A stretch of 64,000 nucleotides of DNA from Rubripirellula sp. GTDB lineage: Bacteria; Planctomycetota; Planctomycetia; Pirellulales; Pirellulaceae. The notes beneath the pieces are model-generated. The model saw nothing but the letters and a program-made list of their open reading frames with translations. It had not been told where the DNA came from and did no database searches. Positions 43,843 to 52,815 of the stretch are shown here, one piece after another. Both the position numbers and the translations under genes were made by a program. Within the stretch, counting starts at the first letter, position 1. The number at the start of each line of letters is the position of its first letter. The stretch covers positions 7,136,001 through 7,200,000 of the forward strand of contig OZ244207.1 of assembly GCA_965216875.1 (NCBI GenBank). The letters run 5' to 3'.

Positions 43843-44922
43843 CTAGCGACGTTTCTTGGTCATCTTTTTGCTGCGAGCCGCGGCAGCTTGAGCTCGGCGC
43901 TTGGCGTACTCGACTTTTCGCGTCACGATCTGGTCGACCCGCGATGAGCGAACGACAAAGAACGCTGGGTCATCAATCACGAACGGTGTCGACCAAGTGC
44001 GCCCGTTGTTGTGGTTGCAGATGTTAAAGAAGAACGAGTTAAAACGTTCTGCCTGATACCCGTACGGGTATTGGCTCGAGAGGTGATCTTCGATCGTCAG
44101 GTCATCCGTGCCAGGTTTGCCGAAGTAGTGGATACGACCATCTGCCGAGACCGACATTCCGAACGTCCACCATCCGAATTGATCAATCGGAATCTCTTTC
44201 GCGGAGAAGTCACCACCACGACCGTTGCCGCGAATCTTGAGGTAGGCCGAATCGGCTTCAACGCCACGGCTCGTTTCGCTGCGGAAGTGAATCCAGATAC
44301 CTGGCCAATACGGTTCGTTGGTCATTGCCGATCCGACAGCGAACAGACCTTCACGCGGTTTGCGGATCGTTGTTCGGACGCCGACGCGAATGCCAAAGTG
44401 TGGACCCGATCGGTTTTCCCAAAGCGAGGCTTCGGGCAGATAAACGCGGACGGTGCAACTGGGCACATCTTCAACGCGAACCGGCGATCCCAGCCGCGCG
44501 GCGACATTCATGATCAGATCGTCTTGTTGCACGTCGTTGGTGTTGACGCCAGGAATGCCTGACCGCAACGTCGAGATTTGCAAGGCATGTTCGCTGCCCT
44601 CGAGTCCGCCCGGTGGCGTGGGAATCACCTTGACCACATCAGGTTGGCCACGCATTGGGCCCTCGGCCCAGCGACGGTTGACCGAGTAAGCCATGGGCGA
44701 ATACGTCCGCTCGTTCAGCTCGCTGGAACTCTTGGGATGGTTGTAGATGAACTTCCAAGCAGGATCTTCAAAGTCATCACCCAAGTAATCGATCTTTTTG
44801 CCGATGCCAGGAACGGGAACGCCCGTGACGTACCGAGTGGTCTGCCGCGATTGAGCCTGAGAGGTGCCGGATGTGGCAATCGCAATCAGCGAGGCAATGA
44901 CGATGGCGAGCGAGATTCGCAT
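43843..44922 (-). CDS. Secreted hypothetical protein, probably beta-rich
   Basis: Signal peptide MRISLAIVIASLIAIATSGTSQA; GDDFED, GWWTFGMS, FVIDDP; basic C-terminal tail. Confidence 0.8.
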   Translation of the reverse strand: MRISLAIVIASLIAIATSGTSQAQSRQTTRYVTGVPVPGIGKKIDYLGDDFEDPAWKFIYNHPKSSSELNERTYSPMAYSVNRRWAEGPMRGQPDVVKVIPTPPGGLEGSEHALQISTLRSGIPGVNTNDVQQDDLIMNVAARLGSPVRVEDVPSCTVRVYLPEASLWENRSGPHFGIRVGVRTTIRKPREGLFAVGSAMTNEPYWPGIWIHFRSETSRGVEADSAYLKIRGNGRGGDFSAKEIPIDQFGWWTFGMSVSADGRIHYFGKPGTDDLTIEDHLSSQYPYGYQAERFNSFFFNICNHNNGRTWSTPFVIDDPAFFVVRSSRVDQIVTRKVEYAKRRAQAAAARSKKMTKKRR

Positions 44923-45253
44923 GCGAAAGTCCCGTGGGTGAGCAGAGAACAGAAAGAAATCAGCTTCCACTGTTATCGGACGCACCGATCGGCATCCTCA
45001 GTTCACCGCCACAGCCGGGATAAGTGGCTTAATTGCTATGCATTAACACGAAAAGTCGAGTGCTTCCGGGGACGCAATTTGGCTGCGAAATTTGCCTAAC
45101 CCCACTCCCTTCGCAGGTTGCTGGTTGATCCATTAGAGTATCAGCGTTGGTCTTGTCGTCGCGATGTGACGGCGAGGCAGTGAGACTTTGCCAAATCAGC
45201 GGTCAGCTCGAAAGCAATACGAGCGGACCGATTCATCAACCGGAGTAGCTGTG

Positions 45254-45811
45254 ATGCGTGTTCAACTTGCACTGATCGGAATGCTGATGCTCGCGATTTC
45301 CGTTTCGCCAACACGAGCCGACGACGAAGCGGCCAAGCCCGAGTCGCTCAACGTGTTCGGTGCGACGATGGAAGTCCCCACCGATTTCGCGCGAGCCGAA
45401 AAGAAAAGTCGAATTATCGAGCATGAATTCGAAGCAAAGGTTGGCGAAGGCGAAGAGGCAAAGACAGCTCGAGTCACCTTCATGGCGGCCGGCGGCGATG
45501 TTGCTGCAAACATCTCACGCTGGAAAGGCCAATTTGCCGGTGGCAAAGCGGAAGACCAAAAAACGGAAGAGATGAAACTTGGCGAGTGGCAGGTGCACAT
45601 CGTTGACGTTTCTGGCTCGTACGCCGAACGTATGGGCGGCGGTCCGTTTGCGGGTGGCAAAGTGGTGCAACGAAAAGACTATGCGATGGCCGGTGCCATC
45701 CTCGTGCACCCAACCGGACGCAAGTACTTTGTGAAAATGATCGGACCGGCAGAGGTTGTCAAAGCCAACCGGAAGGCGTTCGTCGCAATGATCAAGACGA
45801 TCAATAACTAG
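45254..45811 (+). CDS. Secreted hypothetical protein
   Basis: GGAG upstream; signal peptide ending TRA-DD; GGDVAANISRWKGQF, YFVKMIGP. Confidence 0.8.
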   Translation: MRVQLALIGMLMLAISVSPTRADDEAAKPESLNVFGATMEVPTDFARAEKKSRIIEHEFEAKVGEGEEAKTARVTFMAAGGDVAANISRWKGQFAGGKAEDQKTEEMKLGEWQVHIVDVSGSYAERMGGGPFAGGKVVQRKDYAMAGAILVHPTGRKYFVKMIGPAEVVKANRKAFVAMIKTINN

Positions 45812-45825
45812 GCAACACTGACCGA

Positions 45826-47322
45826 ATGAACATTCAAAGCTTGTTGGAGCATCACGGGATCTCGCGCAACCCGTTTGCAGAAGAGGATGCGCAGACGGAC
45901 CCCGTGTTCAAAGAGCATTGCATCAGCAGTGCCTATCACCCGGTTTGGGACAAAGTCTATGGAGACGCCAGCGAACCGTCGACGTCGATCATCTTTGGCC
46001 CCAAAGGTTCTGGAAAGACTGCGATTCGTTTGCAGGTGGACCAGCATCTGGCAAGCTACAACACGGAGAATCCTGACAAGCGAATCTTCGTGATTCGCTA
46101 TGACGACTTCAATCCATTTCTCGATCACTTTTGTGAACGGTTGAGTCGGCGGAATTCCAAACGGCCTGAAAAAGCGCTCGACGCTTGGCGGCTTTGGGAC
46201 CACATGGATGCGATCCTCTGTTTGGGCGTTACCGATTTGGTGGACCGTGTGCTCAAACCTGATACGGGGCGCGAAGCGGCCGTGCGCAGTGAAGCGATTT
46301 CGAAACTTGATCGGACCGATGCTCGGGACCTGTTGCTGCTGGCGGCGTGTTACGACCAATCGACTTCCGATTCGTTCACTGGACGCTGGTCATCGCTTCG
46401 CAAGGCGCTGCGGTTTGGCAATCTGCAGTCGTACGTCAAGCTTGTTGTGGCAATCGTTTGGGGATTGGCGTCCATTGGTTTTGTCACCTGGTTGCTTAGC
46501 CGGAGTGCTGGCGGCGAAGAAGGTGTGAACTTCAAGCTGTTGTGGCTGATTCCGATCTTGGTGCTCATTGGAGCGTTCCCCTATTTGCTTGACCTGATCA
46601 AGTGTCAGGCAGCGGCATTGGGAATCCGCCGACACATGCGCGTTGGAAAACGCGAAGTCGGATCGATGCGTCAGGTGCTGATGAAGATCCCGGGCAAGGA
46701 ATTGGCCAGTCAGCCGCTGCCGCGCTATGATCGCACGGACGATCGCTACGAACTGTTGAACAAGTTCCAGTCGATCCTTCAGCGTCTCGGATTCGCCGGT
46801 GTGATTGTCCTGATGGATCGCGTCGATGAGCCACACATGACCGGCGGCAAACCGGAATTGATGCGTCGCTTCGTTTGGCCGATGCTTGATAACAAATTGC
46901 TCAAGCACCCGGGGGTCGGGTTCAAGTTGATGCTGCCCCAAGAGCTGCATCGTGACATTGAACGCGAGACGCGAGAATTTCACGAACGGGCGCGGCTGGA
47001 CAAGCAGAACGTGATTCCGGCATTCCAGTGGACGGGTGAGTCGCTCTATGACCTCGCCCGGGCACGAATGATGGCCTGTGCGATCGACGGCCGTTCGCCT
47101 GAGCCCAAGGATTTGTTTGCCGACGAGATCAGCTACGAGCGGATGATTGCGGCGTTTCAGTCATTGCGCGTGCCTCGCCACCTGTTCCGGTTTCTCTATC
47201 GGGTGCTGGTCGAGCATTGCAATCGCTACACCGACGCCCAGCCGGTTTACCAGATCAAGGGTGAGACGTTCGAGGCGATGCTGGCCGTCTACAGCCGCGA
47301 AATGGACCCCAATTTGGGCTAA
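45826..47322 (+). CDS. P-loop NTPase with two TM helices inserted between Walker A and Walker B
   Basis: IIFGPKGSGKT; TM segments LVVAIVWGLASIGFVTWLL and LLWLIPILVLIGAFPYLL; VIVLMDRVDE. Confidence 0.8.
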   Translation: MNIQSLLEHHGISRNPFAEEDAQTDPVFKEHCISSAYHPVWDKVYGDASEPSTSIIFGPKGSGKTAIRLQVDQHLASYNTENPDKRIFVIRYDDFNPFLDHFCERLSRRNSKRPEKALDAWRLWDHMDAILCLGVTDLVDRVLKPDTGREAAVRSEAISKLDRTDARDLLLLAACYDQSTSDSFTGRWSSLRKALRFGNLQSYVKLVVAIVWGLASIGFVTWLLSRSAGGEEGVNFKLLWLIPILVLIGAFPYLLDLIKCQAAALGIRRHMRVGKREVGSMRQVLMKIPGKELASQPLPRYDRTDDRYELLNKFQSILQRLGFAGVIVLMDRVDEPHMTGGKPELMRRFVWPMLDNKLLKHPGVGFKLMLPQELHRDIERETREFHERARLDKQNVIPAFQWTGESLYDLARARMMACAIDGRSPEPKDLFADEISYERMIAAFQSLRVPRHLFRFLYRVLVEHCNRYTDAQPVYQIKGETFEAMLAVYSREMDPNLG

Positions 47323-47330
47323 AGCCACCC

Positions 47331-47394
47331 GTTCGTCGTGCCGATCTTCGGGCGAATCGTGAGAAGATTCCGGCCAAAGCTCGGGACGACAAGC
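47331..47394. repeat. Degenerate family B REP hairpin
   Basis: gttcgtcgtgccgatcttcgggcgaa...gaagattccggccaaagctcgggacgacaagc. Confidence 0.6.
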
Positions 47395-47558
47395 GACGCT
47401 GACCGCGTGGAGCGGGGGAACGGGGCGTTCCATTCCGTTTCGTCTTGTGGTGTGGGATGGTTCTGCTAGGCTATCTGCCCCCAAACGCTAAAAAATCAAC
47501 CATCCACCACCTCGACGCCATCCAGATGACCCTGTTTGGCAACCTTTTGGAGACACAA

Positions 47559-47648
47559 TTGGGTACCAAGAAGACAGGAAAAGGACGACGCAAAGTAGGA
47601 CGTAAGAAGCGACGTATGCGGGCAAAGATTCGTCACCGCAAGAAGTAA
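47559..47648 (+). CDS. 29-aa Lys/Arg-rich protein, putative ribosomal protein of the bS22/mS38 (AURKAIP1/COX24) type
   Basis: GGAGA then TTG; MGTKKTGKGRRKVGRKKRRMRAKIRHRKK; upstream TGcTAGGCT extended -10; downstream hairpin cggctcg/cgagccg. Confidence 0.7.
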   Translation: MGTKKTGKGRRKVGRKKRRMRAKIRHRKK

Positions 47649-47736
47649 TTTCTAGATTCTCGGCCCGGCTCGTGGTTTGGAGCGAGCCGTGTTGGTGAGG
47701 TGTTCCCACGGAAATGCCGTGGGAACGGGGACTCGA

Positions 47737-48792
47737 TCAAGAACCCGAGTCACTCAGGCCAAGTTTGGCCAGCCAACGCCGTGATGGGGCTCCCGACTCA
47801 GCTGTCTCAGCTTCGCGGCGTAGACGTTCCAGCTGTTCTTCGAGTTCGGAATTCTTCCGTGCCAGTTCCAGGCGTTCTCGAGAGAGTTTGGCGCGTTCGA
47901 GGGAGAGTTCGATTTCGCCTTGGCGGAACTTCTCTTCCCATTGTTCTTGCAGTGTCGACAGGCGTTCGCGTTCTTGCTGGACCAGTTCGTCCGAGTCAAC
48001 CATTTGGGCGATCGCTGCGGCACCGACGGCGACACCACCTTCGCGTGTGCCCGACTGTTGCTCGAGTAGGTGACGTAGTTCTTGGACTTCGTCGTCGCGA
48101 CGATTCAATTCGTCGCGCAATCGTTCCTGTTCGCTGTGCAGTTGGTCAAGGTAGCCCTCTGCATCAAGGGGTTGGCCATCGTCGCCGGCATCCTGTTGTA
48201 GATCAGAAACGAAGGATTCGGCGTCAAACGCGTCGTCTTCCATTTGTTCAAGGATTTGACGCTTGCGGTCCTCCCACGACAGCGCATCGTTGCTGCCGGA
48301 GTCGGCGCACGCGACCGTCTTGCGAACATTATCACTGGCAACGCGTGAGGCGAGCTCCTCGTTTTGCCGCTCCAGTTCGGTGATGCGGCCTTCGTATTCG
48401 TCGATTTGTTGCTGATAGTACGCGTCGTCTCCACCGTACGCAGCGTCACCGCTGGCGGCACCGTTTGCCGTGGCGCCGTCTTGGGTGGCCAGCGCGTCGC
48501 TCAAGTCGCCGACACGGTTCAGCAGCAGTTCCAGCAGCCGTCCGTTCGATTCGACTTGGTATTGCAGCGATTGGCTGTCAGTACACTCGTCGTGTGCTTG
48601 GGTTGGGTGGTCCAATTCGTTTTCCCCATGGGGTACGTCTGTCGTTAGGCCGCATTCCTCTGCTTCGTTCTCAAGCAGACAAATGGTTGCCACTTCTCCA
48701 TCAGGCTCGAAGCTAGTAACCTCGGTGTCTCGGCTGTCCGTTTCGGATCGATTCTTCGATGTCCGCCTGCGCGATCGGGTCTTCCTGGCCAT
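47737..48792 (-). CDS. Acidic coiled-coil hypothetical protein
   Basis: Heptad E/Q/L/R-rich segments; LSWEDRKRQILEQME; EIELSLERAKLSRER; C-terminal RRWLAKLGL. Confidence 0.8.
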   Translation of the reverse strand: MARKTRSRRRTSKNRSETDSRDTEVTSFEPDGEVATICLLENEAEECGLTTDVPHGENELDHPTQAHDECTDSQSLQYQVESNGRLLELLLNRVGDLSDALATQDGATANGAASGDAAYGGDDAYYQQQIDEYEGRITELERQNEELASRVASDNVRKTVACADSGSNDALSWEDRKRQILEQMEDDAFDAESFVSDLQQDAGDDGQPLDAEGYLDQLHSEQERLRDELNRRDDEVQELRHLLEQQSGTREGGVAVGAAAIAQMVDSDELVQQERERLSTLQEQWEEKFRQGEIELSLERAKLSRERLELARKNSELEEQLERLRREAETAESGAPSRRWLAKLGLSDSGS

Positions 48793-48931
48793 TTTTTGAG
48801 CTTGCTGGGGACAAGCTGATTGCAATCGGTAAAATCGGTAACTTCGACGTTGGTTGTGGGGATAGCGCACGTCGAAACAACGCTCTATCTATTCCTTAGG
48901 TCGCACTGTTCGGACTGTCAAAAGCGGAAGC

Positions 48932-49405
48932 ATGGCAAAGAAGAAGGCAGCCAAAAAAAAGACGGCAAACGCATCAAACGATGCCCACGCTCGGGGGTCC
49001 GATGGGGGTCTCCCCCCGCATGGCAGTGGCGACTGTGATGCCGGTGATCTGCAAGGTGATGGCAGCGACCTGCAAGGTGATGCCGGTGATATCAGTTTTG
49101 AGGACGCGTTGGCCGAGATCGAGCAAATCGTTCACCAATTGGAAAGTGGTGAACTAGATTTGACTGAGTCACTGAGCCGATACGAGCGCGGGGTGAAACA
49201 ACTCAAACGCTGCCATGCCCTTTTGGACGCCGCAGGACGTCGAGTCACTTTGCTCTCCGGTTTCGACGAAAATGGACAACCGGTGACCGAAACGTTTGAC
49301 CCCGCAGCCGAAACCCCCACAAACGGTCTTGAGGGCGGACGCAGCACCATTGCAGAGGCTGGTCAAGCCAGTGATTCAATGGACGATCCGCCGTCGCTCT
49401 TCTAG
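48932..49405 (+). CDS. xseB: Exodeoxyribonuclease VII small subunit
   Basis: SFEDALAEIEQIVHQLESGELDLTESLSRYERGV; xseB-ispA-dxs synteny. Confidence 0.93.
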   Translation: MAKKKAAKKKTANASNDAHARGSDGGLPPHGSGDCDAGDLQGDGSDLQGDAGDISFEDALAEIEQIVHQLESGELDLTESLSRYERGVKQLKRCHALLDAAGRRVTLLSGFDENGQPVTETFDPAAETPTNGLEGGRSTIAEAGQASDSMDDPPSLF

Positions 49406-49546
49406 ACTTGGGAGGGCATTTTTACCCAGTTTATTGGGTGACCGATTTTGGCGGTGACACACGATCACCAACCTCACCCGAGTCCAAACCAGCGATCCCA
49501 GCCAGTTACCTGAAAAAGGGCCGGCAAGATCCAAGGCCCTTTATTT

Positions 49547-50506
49547 ATGCAACAAGCTGATGGAACCCTGCCGGCTGAGCACCTCAACGGGTTAGAGGGC
49601 CTTCTGCCACCAATCGAAGAGGCGCTCGAGCGGGCGTGTGAGTTTCGGTCGGGTTGCCCACAGGAGCTAGGCGATGCCATTCGCTATGCCCTGCTGGCTC
49701 CGGGAAAACGCCTTCGCCCCGCATTGACGCTGATGGCGGCCGAAGCGTGTGGCGGGGAATTGAGCGATGCCATGCCCGGTGCGGTTGCCGTGGAGATGAT
49801 CCACGCCTACTCGCTCATTCATGACGATTTGCCGGCGATGGACGACGATGACCTTCGTCGCGGTCGGCCCACCGTCCATATTAAGTTCGACGAAGCGACC
49901 GCGATCCTGGCCGGTGACGCATTGCAGGCCGAAGCGTTTGCCCATCTCAGCCACAACGTCCCCGCTCCGGCGGTTGCGATCGAAGCCGTACGCGTACTCT
50001 CCTTAGCGGCTGGTTCGGCACACCTGGTCGGTGGACAGGCCGATGACTTGGCCGCCGAAAAAGAGGCCAAACATACCGCTGATGGGGCGTCCGAAGCGTC
50101 TGAACCGACCAATGCACAGCCTCGTACACTGGAACACCTTGAGTCGATTCACCGTCGCAAGACCGGGGCTCTGTTTGCCGCGTCACTCGATTTGGGGGCC
50201 GTCTTGGTAAAAGCAGATTCCGACGCGCGCAAGGCTCTTGGTAACTACGCTAGTGACCTCGGTTTGGCGTTTCAGGTCGTGGACGATGTTTTGGACCACA
50301 CGGCGACATCCGAGAAATTAGGAAAACGCGCGGGGAAAGATGCGGATCGCGGCAAGCTGACCTACCCAGGTTTGCTTGGTCTCGATGCAGCCCGTGCCAA
50401 GGCGGAGCAATTGGTTAGTTCTGCAAAAGACCACCTTTCTGTTTTTTCAGAAGACGCTTGGCGGTTAACGTGGTTGGCCGACTATGTGTTGAAGCGAGAA
50501 CATTGA
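49547..50506 (+). CDS. ispA: Farnesyl/geranylgeranyl diphosphate synthase
   Basis: GKRLRP, HAYSLIHDDLPAMDDDDLRRGRPT, GQADD, KTGALF, FQVVDD. Confidence 0.95.
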   Translation: MQQADGTLPAEHLNGLEGLLPPIEEALERACEFRSGCPQELGDAIRYALLAPGKRLRPALTLMAAEACGGELSDAMPGAVAVEMIHAYSLIHDDLPAMDDDDLRRGRPTVHIKFDEATAILAGDALQAEAFAHLSHNVPAPAVAIEAVRVLSLAAGSAHLVGGQADDLAAEKEAKHTADGASEASEPTNAQPRTLEHLESIHRRKTGALFAASLDLGAVLVKADSDARKALGNYASDLGLAFQVVDDVLDHTATSEKLGKRAGKDADRGKLTYPGLLGLDAARAKAEQLVSSAKDHLSVFSEDAWRLTWLADYVLKREH

Positions 50507-50517
50507 CGAAGGCATCA

Positions 50518-52446
50518 ATGAGCGAATCCAACGATCAAAACGTGAGCCCAGCAAAACACCCGCTTCTGGCAAGTCTTGACAGTGCCCAACCACTGAAGGA
50601 CTTTTCACACGACCAATTGGTTGATGTGGCAAGCGAGATTCGTGATGTGTTGTGCAACCTGCTAGCAACACGAACCGCGCACTTTGCATCCAACCTTGGT
50701 GTGGTCGAGCTCTGTATCGCGCTGCACTGTGAGTTCGATTTCTTGCGCGACCGTTTGATCTGGGATACAGGCCATCAGGTCTACCCGCACAAGTTGGTCA
50801 CCGGGCGCTATGGCGAGTTTTCGAATATTCGTACGCGCGGCGGTTTGATGGGTTACCCCAATCCGCACGAAAGCGACTACGACTTGTTCATGACCGGTCA
50901 CGCTGGTTGTAGTGTGAGCACGGCGGTGGGTCTTCGCAGTGGCGACTTGATCCGCGGCGAAGAGGATCGCAAGACCGTGGCGGTGATCGGCGACGGAGCT
51001 TTCCCAAGCGGCATCGTTTTTGAGGCGATGAACAATGCGGGCGAGTTGGAAGACGACCTGACGATCGTTTTGAACGACAACAAGATGTCGATCTGTCCAC
51101 GCGTCGGCTCGGTGGCAAACTACTTGGATCGGTTGCGAAGCAATCCGTATTACACCGGCTTGAAGCACGAAGTCACCAAGTTGCTCGACCACGTGCCCAT
51201 GTTCGGCGATCCTGCCGAGCGTTTTCTTGCTCAGATGAAGGAAGGTGTCAAAGCCGGTTTCCTTGGCGGGATGTTGTTCGAAGAACTCAACATTCGCTAC
51301 GTCGGTCCCATCGACGGCCACGACATCGCTTTGGTGCGAAAGTACTTGAAGATGTGTCGCGAGATGAGCGGGCCGGTTTTGTTGCACGTCGTGACTGAAA
51401 AAGGGCATGGCTACAAACCGGCGGCCGAAGACCCCGTCTTCTTCCACACGCCACCCGCATTTGAAGATCGCGGTGGCAAACCCGTCACCAAGGGCAGCGA
51501 TGGAAATCCGCCCTACACGGTGTTTGCACGTGATGCGATTCGCCGGCAAATGGCCGAAGACCCTCGCGTCACGATCATCACGGCAGCGATGTGCCAAGGA
51601 AACAAGTTGGAACCGGTTCGAGAACAGTTCCCCGATCGGTTCTTTGACGTCGGCATCTGTGAATCTCACGCCGTCGCCTTTGCGGCCGGTCAATGCAAGA
51701 CTGGTTTGCGCCCAATCGTTGATATCTACAGCACGTTCCTGCAACGAAGTCACGACCAAATCTTCCAAGAGGTTGCTCTTCAGGATTTGCCGGTTGTCTT
51801 CATGATGGACCGCGCTGGATTGACCGGCCCCGATGGACCGACGCACCACGGTTTGTTCGACATCGGTTACCTGCGACCGTTCCCGAACCTGGCATTGATG
51901 GCGCCCGGCTATTCGGCAGAACTGGAGCTGATGCTTTCGGCCGCACTTTCGCACGATCATCCCTGTGGCATCCGCTACCCCAAGGCTTCGGCGTTGGATC
52001 TGGAAGGTCACACACCGGCACCGATCGAATTTGGCAAGTCAGAAGTGATTCGCGAAGGCAGCGATGGAACGATCGTCGCCTACGGTGCGATGCTCGAGCA
52101 AGCGATTGCGGCCGCCGAATCGCTGGCCGGTGACTTGGACGTTGGCGTCGTGAACGCACGATTCGTCAAACCGATCGACGTTGAAATGGTTCGCGAAACG
52201 CTTGGCGGTGGCCGGTTCGTGGTGACCGTCGAAGAGGGTGCCAAGATGAGTGGTTTCGGATCGGCATTCATCGAGTGTGCCGTGACGGAGCGGCTGGACA
52301 CCCGAAACATTCACGTGCTCGCACTTCCCGATGAATTCATCGAGCATGGTGACCGCAACGATCTGCTTGCCGAGCACGGCTTGAGCACCGAAGCGATCGC
52401 CCAAACCTGTCGGGATGCCTCCGGCGTCGAAAGCCTGATGATCTAA
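50518..52446 (+). CDS. dxs: 1-deoxy-D-xylulose-5-phosphate synthase
   Basis: HFASNLGVVEL, WDTGHQVYPHK, GDGA, LNDNKMSI, DVGICESHA, DGPTHHG. Confidence 0.98.
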   Translation: MSESNDQNVSPAKHPLLASLDSAQPLKDFSHDQLVDVASEIRDVLCNLLATRTAHFASNLGVVELCIALHCEFDFLRDRLIWDTGHQVYPHKLVTGRYGEFSNIRTRGGLMGYPNPHESDYDLFMTGHAGCSVSTAVGLRSGDLIRGEEDRKTVAVIGDGAFPSGIVFEAMNNAGELEDDLTIVLNDNKMSICPRVGSVANYLDRLRSNPYYTGLKHEVTKLLDHVPMFGDPAERFLAQMKEGVKAGFLGGMLFEELNIRYVGPIDGHDIALVRKYLKMCREMSGPVLLHVVTEKGHGYKPAAEDPVFFHTPPAFEDRGGKPVTKGSDGNPPYTVFARDAIRRQMAEDPRVTIITAAMCQGNKLEPVREQFPDRFFDVGICESHAVAFAAGQCKTGLRPIVDIYSTFLQRSHDQIFQEVALQDLPVVFMMDRAGLTGPDGPTHHGLFDIGYLRPFPNLALMAPGYSAELELMLSAALSHDHPCGIRYPKASALDLEGHTPAPIEFGKSEVIREGSDGTIVAYGAMLEQAIAAAESLAGDLDVGVVNARFVKPIDVEMVRETLGGGRFVVTVEEGAKMSGFGSAFIECAVTERLDTRNIHVLALPDEFIEHGDRNDLLAEHGLSTEAIAQTCRDASGVESLMI

Positions 52447-52475
52447 TCGGCCCTTCGCGACGCTCGCCGTGGCCC

Positions 52476-52634
52476 GTCGCTACGCTCGGCCAGAGCGTGG
52501 GGCCCGTAGCTACGCTCGCCAGAGCGTGGGGGTGTCAGCGAGCGTTCTCTAGCACATTCCACCTTCTGGCGAAGGTAGCTACGGCGATGTCGGAATGGGG
52601 TTGCTCCGTGGTGCGTGCAAGCACACACCCTACT
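52476..52634. repeat. REP cluster: two direct and one inverted family C copies plus family E (reverse GTAGGGTGTGTGCTTGCACGCAC)
   Basis: 52476-52500, 52506-52529, 52559-52582; family E at 52611-52633 is identical to 61896-61918. Confidence 0.85.
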
Positions 52635-52815
52635 TGGCAAGTGCCTTCACTCCCTACAAACGCTCTTTTTGCTCAGCGAACCTCTGCGTCATCACGTGTG
52701 ACATTTCATTCGGGATTGACGTTTCTACGGCCTTCCCATCATCCTCTGTGCTGGACATCGCGCTTCTCGTATCTGCGCGATTCGGTTCACCACGAAAAAA
52801 GAATGAAGTGCCGCC

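Noticed and set aside
49039..49090. 21-nt tandem duplication in the xseB N-terminus (DLQGD twice)
   Set aside because: A small in-frame duplication in a disordered extension; unlikely to be significant.
52640..52815. T-box or other thrS leader element
   Set aside because: No T-box consensus (AAGGTGGTACC-like) or terminator is visible.
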